A stretch of DNA of 64,000 bases from Acidimicrobiia bacterium (GCA_031368215.1 JANLRD010000274.1:55878-119877), one strand, 5' to 3'. Shown: positions 1 through 10,111, counted from the stretch's first letter. Program-made: numbers and translations. Notes: generated by a model from the letters alone, not told the origin.

Positions 1-608
1 TTCCGCGCTATCACCGAGCGCTGCTGGAGCTGGCGGCGTCGAAGACTGCCACCGTCTCCTCCGACGAGCTGGCTGATCTCGCCGGATTCAATGCCGCCAA
101 GGTCCGCAAGGATCTCAGTTACCTCGGGACCTACGGCACACGCGGCGTCGGGTATGACGTCGACAACCTCCGTCGGCAGATCGGCCGCGAGCTGGGTCTC
201 ACCGAGAGTTGGCCGGTGGTCATCGTCGGCATCGGGAACCTCGGGCGGGCGCTCGCCACCTACAGCGGCTTCGCCATGCGTGGGTTTCGTATTGCCGCCC
301 TCCTCGACGCCGATCCGAGCAAGTCCGGCCAGATGGTCGGGACCCTGGCCGTTCGGCCGTCCTCAGACCTCGCGGGGGTCGTCGAGGCCGAGCATGTCGC
401 GATCGGGATCATCGCTACACCCGGGGTCGCGGCCCAAGACGTCGCCGATCAGCTCGTGGCCGCTGGTGTGCGGTCGATCCTGAACTTCTCACCAGCCGTG
501 CTCAACGTGCCCGAGGGAGTCGCAGTCCGTGGGGTGGATCTGGCGGTCGAGCTCCAGGTCCTGAGCTATCACCAGCACCATCGCGACGATCTCGGCGCCT
601 CGGCATGA
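1..608 (+). CDS. rex: Redox-sensing transcriptional repressor Rex (5' partial)
   Basis: Frame from nt 3 reads PRYHRALL...VSSDELA...AAKVRKDLSYLGTYGTRGVGY (winged HTH), then Rossmann GIGNLG; rex-hemACD order is typical of Actinobacteria. Confidence 0.95.
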   Translation, partial: PRYHRALLELAASKTATVSSDELADLAGFNAAKVRKDLSYLGTYGTRGVGYDVDNLRRQIGRELGLTESWPVVIVGIGNLGRALATYSGFAMRGFRIAALLDADPSKSGQMVGTLAVRPSSDLAGVVEAEHVAIGIIATPGVAAQDVADQLVAAGVRSILNFSPAVLNVPEGVAVRGVDLAVELQVLSYHQHHRDDLGASA

Positions 609-725
609 ACGGGTGCGCGCGCACGTCTGACCGACATCGGTCACACGTGTTTGGCGGCCACGCCGAGATGCGAAAGACTGGTAGATCGTGAGCGCTCGAA
701 TCACCACCGACCTGGGGACCTGCTG

Positions 726-2042
726 ATGTCCCTCGTCGTCGTTGGCCTCCATCACCGGAGCGCGCCGATCGAGTTGCTCGAGCAGGTCACCATCCCGCCC
801 GCCGGCCTGGCCAAGGCCCTTCACGCGCTGCGCAGCGGTGACGACATCGCCGAAGCGGTCATCGTCTCGACCTGCAATCGCACTGAGATCTACGCGGTCT
901 GCGAAACCTTCCACGGCGCGCTCGCCCAGCTGCACCGGTTCCTGACCGATCGGTCCGGGCTCTCGATCGACCAGATCGCACCGCACCTGCACACTGCGTA
1001 CGACGACGCAGTGGCACGGCACCTGTTCACCGTCACCTCCGGTCTGGACTCTGCCGTGGTCGGCGAGACGGAGATCCTGGGTCAGGTGCGCGGCGCGTTC
1101 GACTCCGCTCTTGCTGCGCAGACTGCCGGGCCGCACCTGTCGTCGCTCTTCCGCCATGCGCTCGAAGCCGGCAAACGGGTCCGGACCGAAACCGGGATCT
1201 CCCGCGGCACTGCGTCCGTCTCCCATGCGGCCGTGGAACTCGCAGCCGACCGTCTCGGCTCGCTCAGCGGCCGTTCGGTCCTGGTGCTCGGGGCGGGCGA
1301 GATCGGTGTCTCGATGGCCACGTCGCTGCAGTTCGCCGGGGTCGGAGAGGTGTTCGTGGCGAACCGTACGCGCCAGAAGGCGGCAGCACTGGCGCAGCGC
1401 ATCGGCGCGATCGAGGTGGCCCTCCATGATCTCCCGGGCACATTGGAGCACGTCGACGTGCTGCTCACGGCCACCTCGTCCGAAACCCACGTGCTCGGGC
1501 GTGACGACCTCGAGGCGGTGATGGCGGCCCGCAGCGGCCGCCCGCTGCTCGGCGTCGACACGGGCCTGCCCCGAGACGTGGATCCGAACGCCGGCGAGGT
1601 ACCCGGGGTCACCCTGCTGGACCTCGACGCCATCCGGGCGTTCGTCGAGATCGGCCTGGAGGGCCGTCGACGCGAGATCGACCAGGTCCGCGAGATCGTG
1701 GTCGAGGAAGTCGACCGGTACCGAGCAGGCGCTTCAGCGCGCCTCGTCGCCCCCGTACTGGTCGCGATGCGCGACCACTTCGAGGTCGTACGCGCCGCCG
1801 AGGTCGACCATCTCGACTCGCGGCTGCGCCATCTCTCGGCGGCCGACCGGGATCTCGTGGACCAGTGGACCAAGCGACTCGTCGCAAAGCTCGTGCATAC
1901 CCCCACGGTGCGTTTGAAGGAAGCGGCGGGAACGACTCGAGGGACGCGTATGGCCGATGCTCTCCGCGTGCTCTTCGACCTCGATCGCGAGGATGAGTCG
2001 CCCGAACGCGGGGAAGAGGCTGTCCTTCCTCCGCACGAATGA
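726..2042 (+). CDS. hemA: Glutamyl-tRNA reductase
   Basis: VVGLHH, STCNRTE, GLDSAVVGETEILGQV, GAGEIG motifs; ATG 726. Confidence 0.96.
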   Translation: MSLVVVGLHHRSAPIELLEQVTIPPAGLAKALHALRSGDDIAEAVIVSTCNRTEIYAVCETFHGALAQLHRFLTDRSGLSIDQIAPHLHTAYDDAVARHLFTVTSGLDSAVVGETEILGQVRGAFDSALAAQTAGPHLSSLFRHALEAGKRVRTETGISRGTASVSHAAVELAADRLGSLSGRSVLVLGAGEIGVSMATSLQFAGVGEVFVANRTRQKAAALAQRIGAIEVALHDLPGTLEHVDVLLTATSSETHVLGRDDLEAVMAARSGRPLLGVDTGLPRDVDPNAGEVPGVTLLDLDAIRAFVEIGLEGRRREIDQVREIVVEEVDRYRAGASARLVAPVLVAMRDHFEVVRAAEVDHLDSRLRHLSAADRDLVDQWTKRLVAKLVHTPTVRLKEAAGTTRGTRMADALRVLFDLDREDESPERGEEAVLPPHE

Positions 2043-2944
2043 GCCGGGTGCTCCGAGCAGCCACCCGGTCCAGTCCGTTGGCTCGCTGGCAGACGGCGTT
2101 CGTCGCCGAGCGTCTGGCGCGTCGGGGTATCGAAGTGGTTGAGGTTCTCGTCGATACCTTGGGGGATCGGACCCAGGCGGCGAACACTCCGCTTCACTCG
2201 ATCGGTGGCCAAGGCGTCTTCGTCAAGGAGATCCAGCAGGCGGTTCTGGACGGGCACGCGGACATCGCGGTGCATTCCGCGAAGGATCTCCCTGCGGTCA
2301 CTCCCGACGGCCTCACCCTGGCGTGTGTGCCGGTCCGCGGGGACGTCCGCGACATCCTCATCGGGTCGACGATCGCCGACCTTCGACCGGGAGCCGTCGT
2401 CGCAACCGGTTCGGTTCGCCGACGTGCCCAGCTTGCTCATATGCGCGCTGATCTTCAGTTCGCGGAGCTTCGCGGCAACGTCGGGTCCCGTCTGGCGAAA
2501 GCGTCACAGTTCGACGCGATCGTCCTCGCGTTCGTACCGCTGGGTCGTCTCGGGTTCGACGATGTTCGCGGCGAGATCCTCTCGACCGACATGATGCTGC
2601 CGATGGTGGGCCAGGGGGCCATCGGCGTCGAGTGCCGGGTGGACGACGACTCGACTCTTGATGCTTTGACCGGGATCGACGACGACGCCGCCCACACCGC
2701 AGTGCTCTGCGAGCGTTCGTACCTGCGCCGTCTCGGCGGCGGGTGTGAGTTGCCTGTGGGCGCGCTCGCCGTCATCGACGGTGACGAGATCCTCCTCGAC
2801 GCGCTCGTGGCGGCCTACGACGGCTCGACCATCGTGCGTCGCTCCCGCCGCGCGCCGATCGCCCACGCGGTGCGTCTCGGGAGCGAGCTCGCCGAAGAGG
2901 TGCTTTCGCACGGCGGGTCTGCCCTGCTCGAGCTCGTCGGCTGA
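2039..2944 (+). CDS. hemC: Hydroxymethylbilane synthase
   Basis: ATRSSPLARWQ, GVFVKE, VHSAKDLP, LRGNV, LGGGC; ATGA overlap with hemA. Confidence 0.96.
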   Translation: MSRVLRAATRSSPLARWQTAFVAERLARRGIEVVEVLVDTLGDRTQAANTPLHSIGGQGVFVKEIQQAVLDGHADIAVHSAKDLPAVTPDGLTLACVPVRGDVRDILIGSTIADLRPGAVVATGSVRRRAQLAHMRADLQFAELRGNVGSRLAKASQFDAIVLAFVPLGRLGFDDVRGEILSTDMMLPMVGQGAIGVECRVDDDSTLDALTGIDDDAAHTAVLCERSYLRRLGGGCELPVGALAVIDGDEILLDALVAAYDGSTIVRRSRRAPIAHAVRLGSELAEEVLSHGGSALLELVG

Positions 2945-2968
2945 GCACGCCAGCGTCGTGTTTGTGCC

Positions 2969-3712
2969 ATGACCCGTGACCGCCCGCTCGCCGGACGCTC
3001 GGTGGTGGTTACCAGGGCCGCGGAGCAGGCGGGTCCATTTGTCACGTCGCTGCGCGACCTCGGTGCTGTGGTCGTCGAGGTGCCGGTGATCCGGATCGTC
3101 CCTCCGGACGATGGGGGCGCCGCGCTCTTGTCGCGGGTCCGGGATCTCGCATCGTATAAGTGGGTCGTGCTGATGTCTCCGAATGCCGCGGAACGGTTCC
3201 TGCGGGCGGTGGACGGGTCGGCGAATGGGCAACTCGACGTGAAGATCGCGTGCGTCGGACCGGGCACTGCGTCCGTTGTCCGAGACGCCAGGCGTCACGT
3301 CGAGCTCGTGGCCGACCGCGCCGTCGGTGAAGGTCTCGTGGAATCCTTTCCCTACGGGCCGGGGCGCGTTCTGATGCCCCGAGCCGCAGTCGCCCGGAGC
3401 GTCGTTCCGGATGGACTTCGGGCACGGGGATGGACCGTCGACGAGGTCGTGGCGTATCGCACTGAGTCGATCCCTCTTGATCCGGCGGTGCGATCGGCGG
3501 TGGCTGACGCTGATGCGATCGCGTTCACTTCCTCGAGCACGGTCCGGGCATTCGTGACGTCGCTCGGCACGGGAGCACTCCCCCCGATCGTGGTGTCCAT
3601 CGGCCCCGAGACCACGGCGACGTTGATCGAACACGGCGCGCGCCCGCTCAGGACCGCGGACCCCCACACCCTCGACGGCCTCCTCGCCGCGCTCGTCGCG
3701 TCTCTGAGGTAG
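2969..3712 (+). CDS. hemD: Uroporphyrinogen-III synthase
   Basis: VVTRA, CVGPGT, AYRT, FTSSSTV, SIGPET motifs. Confidence 0.93.
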   Translation: MTRDRPLAGRSVVVTRAAEQAGPFVTSLRDLGAVVVEVPVIRIVPPDDGGAALLSRVRDLASYKWVVLMSPNAAERFLRAVDGSANGQLDVKIACVGPGTASVVRDARRHVELVADRAVGEGLVESFPYGPGRVLMPRAAVARSVVPDGLRARGWTVDEVVAYRTESIPLDPAVRSAVADADAIAFTSSSTVRAFVTSLGTGALPPIVVSIGPETTATLIEHGARPLRTADPHTLDGLLAALVASLR

Positions 3713-3780
3713 AGCCGACTGCCTGAGGGTGGTTCGAAGCGACAACAAACTTGCTTCGGTTGCGTGGCCCACCAGCCAGG

Positions 3781-3945
3781 CATCCTGTTTCCGTTGCGGG
3801 GTCCTGTCACCGATCCTCCCCATCCGCTGCGGTACTCGCCCGTTGTTCTCCTCCGTCGAACCGGGTCTCCGTTCCTCGGGCGGGGCCCCATCGGCGCCAC
3901 CCCTCCACTCCCGGGTTGGGCAGGACCCCGTAACGGGGCAGGGTG
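3781..3945 (+). ncRNA. Candidate structured RNA (6S-like long hairpin)
   Basis: 3781-3808 pairs with 3919-3945 (~27 bp with several G-U pairs valid only on + strand); inner stem CTCGCCCG/CGGGCGGG; no credible ORF in this 317-bp gap. Confidence 0.45.
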
Positions 3946-4029
3946 ATCCGTCACTACCGATGCCGCAGGCAACACGAACTCGGCGAAATCGGGTCTCCGC
4001 CTCGTCGTGGGTGGGTACGGTGGTCGGCC

Positions 4030-5160
4030 ATGTCCGACGCCGCCGCTCCCGTCAACGCCTTCCAGTCCCATGTGGCCGAGATCGAAGCCCGTCCGGGGTT
4101 TGTCCGATCGGCGGCGTTCGCCGTCGGATTCGCCACTGTCGCGCCTTCGGGCAAGGTGCTCGACACCGCGTTTCCGATCGTCAACCTGGCGGAGAACTTC
4201 GGTGCTGGGGCGGTGCTCGCCGATGTCGTCGGTCATCGCAGCGGAACCGGGTCCTATGAGCTCAGCCGGGATCAGCTCGACCGCGCCATCGCGGCGTTTG
4301 CGGCGTTCGAGGGTGACGGGCGGTCGCACCCGAACGTCGATGCCCTGAAGGCGGCGCGCGCCGCGTTCGGTGCAGCCCCTCTGCACGGCGGCGAGCGGCG
4401 TCCGGTCGTCGTGTTCATCGGCTCCCTCGACGACCCGCCGACCGGACCCAGCGATGTGTACCTGCGCCTGCACCTGCTGAGCCACCGCAAGGTCCAGCCC
4501 CATGGCGTGTCGCTCGAGGGAGCCTTCGGCCATCTCAACAACGTGGTGTGGACCAACCTGGGGCCGTTCGATCCCGACGGGTTCGACGCGATCCGCTTTC
4601 GACTGCGGGCCGAAGGCACTGAGGTACGTGTGCACAGCGTGGACAAGTTCCCCCGGATGACGGACTACGTCGTGCCCTCGGGCGTGCGTATCGCCGACGC
4701 CGACCGGGTCCGCCTCGGTGCCCACCTGGCCGAGGGCACGACGGTGATGCACGAGGGTTTCTGCAACTTCAACGCGGGGACGCTCGGCGCGTCGATGGTC
4801 GAGGGGCGCATCAGCGCCGGCGTCGTCGTCGGCAACGGCAGCGACATCGGCGGAGGTGCGTCGATCATGGGAACGCTGTCGGGTGGCGGGAAAGAAGTCG
4901 TGAGGATCGGCGAGAAGTGTCTGCTCGGGGCGAATGCCGGCATCGGGATCTCTCTCGGTGACAACTGCATCGTGGAGGCCGGGTGCTACATCACCGGTGG
5001 TTCGCTCGTTTCGCTCCCCGACGGGGGGGTCGTCAAGGCGCGCGAACTCAGTGGCGAATCGAATCTGCTGTTCCGCCGCCACAGCCAGACCGGAGCTCTG
5101 GAGGTGCGCCCCAACGGTGTGACCTGGGAAGGGCTGAACGCCGCATTGCACAAGAACTGA
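4030..5160 (+). CDS. dapD: Tetrahydrodipicolinate N-succinyltransferase (actinobacterial type)
   Basis: [41 protein letters not shown], hexapeptide repeats. Confidence 0.95.
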   Translation: MSDAAAPVNAFQSHVAEIEARPGFVRSAAFAVGFATVAPSGKVLDTAFPIVNLAENFGAGAVLADVVGHRSGTGSYELSRDQLDRAIAAFAAFEGDGRSHPNVDALKAARAAFGAAPLHGGERRPVVVFIGSLDDPPTGPSDVYLRLHLLSHRKVQPHGVSLEGAFGHLNNVVWTNLGPFDPDGFDAIRFRLRAEGTEVRVHSVDKFPRMTDYVVPSGVRIADADRVRLGAHLAEGTTVMHEGFCNFNAGTLGASMVEGRISAGVVVGNGSDIGGGASIMGTLSGGGKEVVRIGEKCLLGANAGIGISLGDNCIVEAGCYITGGSLVSLPDGGVVKARELSGESNLLFRRHSQTGALEVRPNGVTWEGLNAALHKN

Positions 5161-5248
5161 CCCGTCGACCGAGCGTTCGTCGTCGTTTGCTGAGACCGGT
5201 CGAAGAACCGGCCACGCACAGCAACGGCACTGCGCGTACCGTTGACGC

Positions 5249-5899
5249 ATGTCCTGGTTCCGCAAGTCCATCGAAATGCCCACCGCCGACACCGCCCTCG
5301 CCGGCCGCGCCGAGGCGATGCCGATCCGCACCGTCCACCACGTTTCCGGTCGGTCTCTCCTGCCCCCCTTCCCCGATGGGATGGAGACTGCGGTCTTCGG
5401 CCTCGGTTGCTTCTGGGGCGCAGAGCGCAAGTTCTGGCAGGCGCCCGGTGTGTGGGTGACCGCAGTCGGCTACGCCGGCGGGATCACGCCCAACCCGACC
5501 TACGAGGAGACCTGTTCCGGACGGACGGGCCACAACGAGGTCGTGCTCGTCGTCTTCGATCCGACGCAGATCGACTTCGAGGCCGTGTGCCGCGTCTTCT
5601 GGGAGAACCACGATCCGACCCAGGGGATGCAGCAGGGCAACGACGTCGGCACGCAGTACCGCAGCGGGATCTATGTCACGTCGGCCGCCCAGAAGGCAAT
5701 GGCTGAGGCATCGAAGGCAATGTTCCAGGAGAAGCTCACGGCTGCCGGCTATGGCCCGATCACCACGGAGATCGTCGACCTGGAGCACTTCTACTACGCC
5801 GAGGATTACCACCAGCAGTACCTCTCGAAGAACCCGATGGGCTACTGCGGCCTCGGCGGGACGGGCGTGAGTTGTCCGATCGGCGTCGCCCGCGCCTGA
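5249..5899 (+). CDS. msrA: Peptide methionine sulfoxide reductase A
   Basis: [35 protein letters not shown]. Confidence 0.97.
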   Translation: MSWFRKSIEMPTADTALAGRAEAMPIRTVHHVSGRSLLPPFPDGMETAVFGLGCFWGAERKFWQAPGVWVTAVGYAGGITPNPTYEETCSGRTGHNEVVLVVFDPTQIDFEAVCRVFWENHDPTQGMQQGNDVGTQYRSGIYVTSAAQKAMAEASKAMFQEKLTAAGYGPITTEIVDLEHFYYAEDYHQQYLSKNPMGYCGLGGTGVSCPIGVARA

Positions 5900-5957
5900 A
5901 CTGTCGTTGCCCCTGGTCGACCAACGGTCGGCTGGGGGCACCCGTAGGATCGTCGGC

Positions 5958-6947
5958 GTGAGTGTCCCGATTCCCGAGCGGCGGATGCGTCGCCTGCGTC
6001 AGACGCCGGCGATGCGCCGTCTCGTCGCCCAGACATCGCTGCGGGTCGACGACCTCGTCGCGCCACTGTTCGTGCGGGAGGGGATCACGGAGGCGAACCC
6101 GATCGCCTCGCTGCCCGGGGTGTCGCAGCACACCCTTGACTCGCTGCGCAAGGAGGTGCATGCGCTCGCCGAACTCGGTGTTCCCGGGGTGATCCTGTTC
6201 GGCGTGCCCGTGTCGAAGGACGCGGAGGGTTCGCAGGCCTGGGCCGAGGAGGGGATCGTGCAGGTGGCGCTTCGCCAACTTCGGGCCGACCTCGGCGACG
6301 CCATGGTGATCATGGCCGACCTCTGCGTCGACGAGTACACGAGCCACGGTCATTGCGGCGTGCTGGATGCCGGCGGCAGAGTCGACAACGATCTCACGCT
6401 CGCGATCTACTCGCGGATTGCCCGCGCCCAAGCAGATGCCGGGGCGCACGTCATCGCGCCGAGCGGGATGATGGACGGCCAGGTTGCCGCGATCCGCAAG
6501 GGTCTCGACGACTCGGGGCACACGAACGTCCCGATCCTTGCCTACGCCGCCAAGTATGCGAGCGGGCTCTACGGTCCGTTCCGTGAGGCCGTCGATGTGC
6601 AGATCATCGGTGGAGGCGACCGCAAGGGCTACCAGCAGGACTACCGGAATCAACGCGAGGCGCTCGACGAGGTTTCACTTGATCTGGGTGAAGGCGCCGA
6701 CATGGTGATGGTGAAACCGGCCGTCACGTATCTCGACGTGATCGCGAAGGTCCGTGCACTTACCAATGTCCCGGTTGCGGCGTATCACGTGAGCGGGGAG
6801 TACGCGATGATCCACGCGGCGGCCGAACGCGGCTGGATCGACGGCCCGGCCGTTGCGTTGGAGCAGCTCACCGCCGTCAAGCGAGCCGGGGCCGACATGA
6901 TCCTCACGTACTTTGCTCACGACCTCGCGTCGACCGTCCTCCGCTGA
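5958..6947 (+). CDS. hemB: Porphobilinogen synthase (ALA dehydratase)
   Basis: RMRRLR, DLCVDEYTSHGHCG, SGMMDG, MVKP, AYHVSGEY. Confidence 0.96.
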   Translation: MSVPIPERRMRRLRQTPAMRRLVAQTSLRVDDLVAPLFVREGITEANPIASLPGVSQHTLDSLRKEVHALAELGVPGVILFGVPVSKDAEGSQAWAEEGIVQVALRQLRADLGDAMVIMADLCVDEYTSHGHCGVLDAGGRVDNDLTLAIYSRIARAQADAGAHVIAPSGMMDGQVAAIRKGLDDSGHTNVPILAYAAKYASGLYGPFREAVDVQIIGGGDRKGYQQDYRNQREALDEVSLDLGEGADMVMVKPAVTYLDVIAKVRALTNVPVAAYHVSGEYAMIHAAAERGWIDGPAVALEQLTAVKRAGADMILTYFAHDLASTVLR

Positions 6948-6966
6948 TCCGAACACCTGGTGCCAA

Positions 6967-8316
6967 ATGATCTGTACACGTAGCGATTGCCCGTTCGACG
7001 GATCGGCGGAGTGCGCTACCGCCGACGGCAGCGCCTGCCATACCACCAACGCCTCGGCCTATGCCCGGGCGTCGGAGGTGCTCGTCGGTGGAGTGAACTC
7101 GCCGGTACGCGCGTTCCGCAGCGTCGGAGGCATTCCCTACGTGGTCGCTCGGGGCAACGGCGCCTACGTCTGGGACGTCGAGGGAACCCGTTACATCGAC
7201 CTTGTGCAGTCCTACGGCGCGTCGATTCTCGGACATGCCCATCCGGCGGTGGTCGAAGCGATCCGGGTGTGTGCGGGTCAGGGCACCACCTTCGGCGCTC
7301 CGACCTACCGCGAGATCGTGCTGGCCGAGACGATGTGCGCCCGTGTTCCCGGCCTCGAGATGGTGCGCATGACCTCGAGCGGCACCGAGGCCGCGATGAG
7401 TGCCATCCGACTCGCCCGAGGCATCACCGGCCGCCACAAGGTGCTGAAGTTTGCGGGTTGCTACCACGGTGCCAGCGATTCCCTCCTGGCCGCCGGAGGC
7501 AGCGGTGTGGCCAACCAGGGTCTCCCCGGGAGCGACGGCGTGCCGCCCTCCGCGGTAGCCGACACCATCGTGGCCCCCTACAACGTCATCCCGGAAATCG
7601 GTGCCGACGTCGCCGTGGTTGCCGTCGAGCCGGTCGCCGCCAACATGGGACTCGTCGCGCCGGCACCGGGGTTTCTCCGAGCGCTGCGCGATGCATGCGA
7701 CCGTTCGGGAGCGCTGTTGTTGTTCGACGAGGTGATCACCGGGTTTCGCCTCGGTAGCGGTGGCGCCACCACGTGGTCCGGGGTCACCCCGGATCTCTGG
7801 TGTTTCGGCAAGATCATCGGTGGTGGACTCCCGGTCGGGGCCTTCGGCGGCTCGAAGACCGTCATGTCCCACCTCGCGCCTCTCGGACCGGTGTACCAGG
7901 GCGGCACGCTCTCGGGGAACCCGCTGGCGATGGCCGCCGGCCTCGCCACGCTCAATCTGTGCACCGACGATACGTACAGCGCACTCGAGGAACGAACTGC
8001 CCGATTCGTCGGCGCGCTTACCGACGCGATTGCGGCCTCAGGAATGCCGATCCAGGTCCCTCGGGTCGGCACGATCACCGGTCTTCACCTGAGCGCGACG
8101 GAGATCACCAACTACGACCAGGCCAAGGCGGCCAACACCAACGGCCTGTATGCCCCGTTCTTCCACGAGATGCTCGAGCGTGGGGTGGCGATGGCCCCGG
8201 GTCCGTACGAAGCCCTCTTCCCGTCCTTCGCCCACACCGACGCTGACCTCGACGCCGTAGTGAATGCCGCGGGCGAGTCGGCCGTGGCCGTCATGGCCCG
8301 GGGAGCGGCTGGCTGA
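6967..8316 (+). CDS. hemL: Glutamate-1-semialdehyde 2,1-aminomutase with Cys-rich N-terminal extension
   Basis: GGVNSPVRAF, SSGTEA, FDEVITGFR, GKIIGGGLP, GTLSGNP. Confidence 0.95.
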   Translation: MICTRSDCPFDGSAECATADGSACHTTNASAYARASEVLVGGVNSPVRAFRSVGGIPYVVARGNGAYVWDVEGTRYIDLVQSYGASILGHAHPAVVEAIRVCAGQGTTFGAPTYREIVLAETMCARVPGLEMVRMTSSGTEAAMSAIRLARGITGRHKVLKFAGCYHGASDSLLAAGGSGVANQGLPGSDGVPPSAVADTIVAPYNVIPEIGADVAVVAVEPVAANMGLVAPAPGFLRALRDACDRSGALLLFDEVITGFRLGSGGATTWSGVTPDLWCFGKIIGGGLPVGAFGGSKTVMSHLAPLGPVYQGGTLSGNPLAMAAGLATLNLCTDDTYSALEERTARFVGALTDAIAASGMPIQVPRVGTITGLHLSATEITNYDQAKAANTNGLYAPFFHEMLERGVAMAPGPYEALFPSFAHTDADLDAVVNAAGESAVAVMARGAAG

Positions 8317-8369
8317 TGGGCGCCGGTGAGTCGTTCGCTGCGGTGATCGCACGCAAGGCGGTCGTGTGA
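8316..8369 (+). other. Coupled mini-ORF (17 aa), diverged echo of the hemL 3' end
   Basis: TGATG overlaps at both ends; MGAGESFAAVIARKAVV* vs hemL NAAGESAVAVMARGAAG*, offset 53 bp. Confidence 0.6.
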
Positions 8370-8824
8370 TGGCCTGGTGGCTGATGAAGTCGGAGCCGGA
8401 CGGGTTCTCGATCGACGACCTCAAGGCGCGCAAACGTGAGCCATGGGATGGCGTGCGGAACTTCCAGGCCCGCAACTACATGTGGAAGCAGATGGCGATC
8501 GGTGACCGCGTGTTCTTCTACCACTCGAACTGCAAGGTCCCCGGTATCGTCGGGCTGGCCAAGGTGGCATCCGCGTCGTACCCCGATCCGAGCCAGTTCG
8601 ACTCCTCGTCGAAGTACTTCGACCCGGATTCGTCGCCCGGCGATCCGCGGTGGTGGTTGGTCGACGTCGCGTTCGTGAAGAAGTTCCGCCGGGTGGTCTC
8701 ACTGGACGAACTTCGCACCCACGCCGACGAGCTCGACGGGATGCTCCTTCTCCGCAAGGGCAACCGACTGAGCGTGATGCCCGTCTCCGACGACCACGCC
8801 GACGTGATCCTCTCGCTCGTCTGA
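8369..8824 (+). CDS. EVE domain protein
   Basis: WLMKSEP, WDGVRNFQARN, FFYHSN, RLSVMPV. Confidence 0.93.
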   Translation: MAWWLMKSEPDGFSIDDLKARKREPWDGVRNFQARNYMWKQMAIGDRVFFYHSNCKVPGIVGLAKVASASYPDPSQFDSSSKYFDPDSSPGDPRWWLVDVAFVKKFRRVVSLDELRTHADELDGMLLLRKGNRLSVMPVSDDHADVILSLV

Positions 8825-8887
8825 ACGCGGAGCGACGACCGTCACGCCCCGGCCGGCGGAGGTAGCGGCACGCGGCTGAGAAGATGG

Positions 8888-10111
8888 TTGACGATGAACA
8901 CGTGCGACCTCCTGGTGATCGGTGGCGGACCCGCCGGCGCCGCTGCGGCGTTGCGGGCCGCTCGTGCGGGTGCTCATGTCGTCGTGTTCGAGAAGGGCCC
9001 GCACGGTCGCGACAAGGTGTGCGGTGACGGGCTCACGCCCCGTGCGGTTTCGGCACTGTCGGAGCTGAAGATCGATCTCGACGGCGCGCATCGGATCGAT
9101 GGGCTTCGGATGATTGCCGGGAAGAAGACGCGGGAATTGCTGTGGCCGTCGAACAACCGGTTCGGTCCACACGGTGCGGTGCTGCCACGTCGACTCCTCG
9201 ATCGCCAGCTCATCGATGCCGCTGCCGGGGCCGGGGCCGAAGTCGTCTTCGGTACCGAGGCGCTCCCCGTTCTCGAGAGCGGGCGGGTCATCGGCGTCGA
9301 CACTGCAACCGGGCAATGGCGCGCCCCGCTCACGATCCTTGCTGCCGGCGCGCCGGGCGCCGCGGCTCGCTTGCTCGGCGCCGAACGCGTTCCCGATGAG
9401 ACGTTCGGTCTCGCCATCCGCGCCTACGCCGAGTCGCCGCGTCATGCCGATCGTCACCTCGAAGCCTGCCTAAGCCTTTCCGACGAGCACGGCACGGCGA
9501 TTCCGGGCTACGGCTGGATGTTCCCGGCGGGTGATGGCACCGTCAACATCGGTGTCGGGGCGTTGTCGACGATGAAGGGTTTCAAAAAGCTCAACCTGAA
9601 CAAGCTCATCGACAACTACGCCGCCATCGTCCGCGACAGCTGGGAGCTCGGTCCGTTCATCGACAAACCGCGGGCATGGCGTCTTCCGATGAGCGCACAG
9701 CGCCGACATGGCGACGGCTGGCTGGCGATCGGCGACGCCGCGGGTCTGGTCAATCCGATGAACGGTGAGGGGATCGACTACGGACTCGAGTCGGGAATGA
9801 TCGCCGCCGATGAGTTCGTGTCCGATCCTGCAAATGCCCCGCGCGCATACGATCGTGTGGTGGGGGAGCGCTTCGATGCGTTCCTCCGGACAGGTCGCCG
9901 CTTCAGTTTCGTGATCGGTCATCCGTTGCTTCTCCGCACCGGCCTGCGAGTTGCCGTCGGTACCCAGAAGGCTGCCGACCTCACCCTCGCCGTCATGGGA
10001 AATCTTGTCGACAACGACACGCCGGGGGCTGCCGGAAAGCTCCTCTCGTTCGCTGATCGCGCACTAGCCCTCGCCGATCCTCTGCTGCGTCGCACACGGG
10101 CTGCCGCCTAG
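8888..10111 (+). CDS. Geranylgeranyl reductase family FAD oxidoreductase (MenJ-like menaquinone reductase)
   Basis: GGGPAG, RDKVCGDGLTPRAV, YGWMFP, GDAAGLVNPMNGEGIDY; exact start uncertain (8888 or 8894). Confidence 0.85.
   Translation: MTMNTCDLLVIGGGPAGAAAALRAARAGAHVVVFEKGPHGRDKVCGDGLTPRAVSALSELKIDLDGAHRIDGLRMIAGKKTRELLWPSNNRFGPHGAVLPRRLLDRQLIDAAAGAGAEVVFGTEALPVLESGRVIGVDTATGQWRAPLTILAAGAPGAAARLLGAERVPDETFGLAIRAYAESPRHADRHLEACLSLSDEHGTAIPGYGWMFPAGDGTVNIGVGALSTMKGFKKLNLNKLIDNYAAIVRDSWELGPFIDKPRAWRLPMSAQRRHGDGWLAIGDAAGLVNPMNGEGIDYGLESGMIAADEFVSDPANAPRAYDRVVGERFDAFLRTGRRFSFVIGHPLLLRTGLRVAVGTQKAADLTLAVMGNLVDNDTPGAAGKLLSFADRALALADPLLRRTRAAA

Noticed and set aside
3713-4029. Lysine riboswitch upstream of dapD
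   Set aside because: Conserved AGAGG.GC and other core motifs not found; dapD appears to have its own -10 next to the start codon
5152-5210. Echo of the dapD 3' end (AAGAAC at 51-bp offset)
   Set aside because: Only a 6-bp match and no coupled ORF; indistinguishable from chance
3352-5430. Long antisense ORFs (this 692-aa one; also 23329-25560, 43538-45949, 59084-60688, 15621-17117)
   Set aside because: Shadow frames of real high-GC genes, with no recognisable motifs
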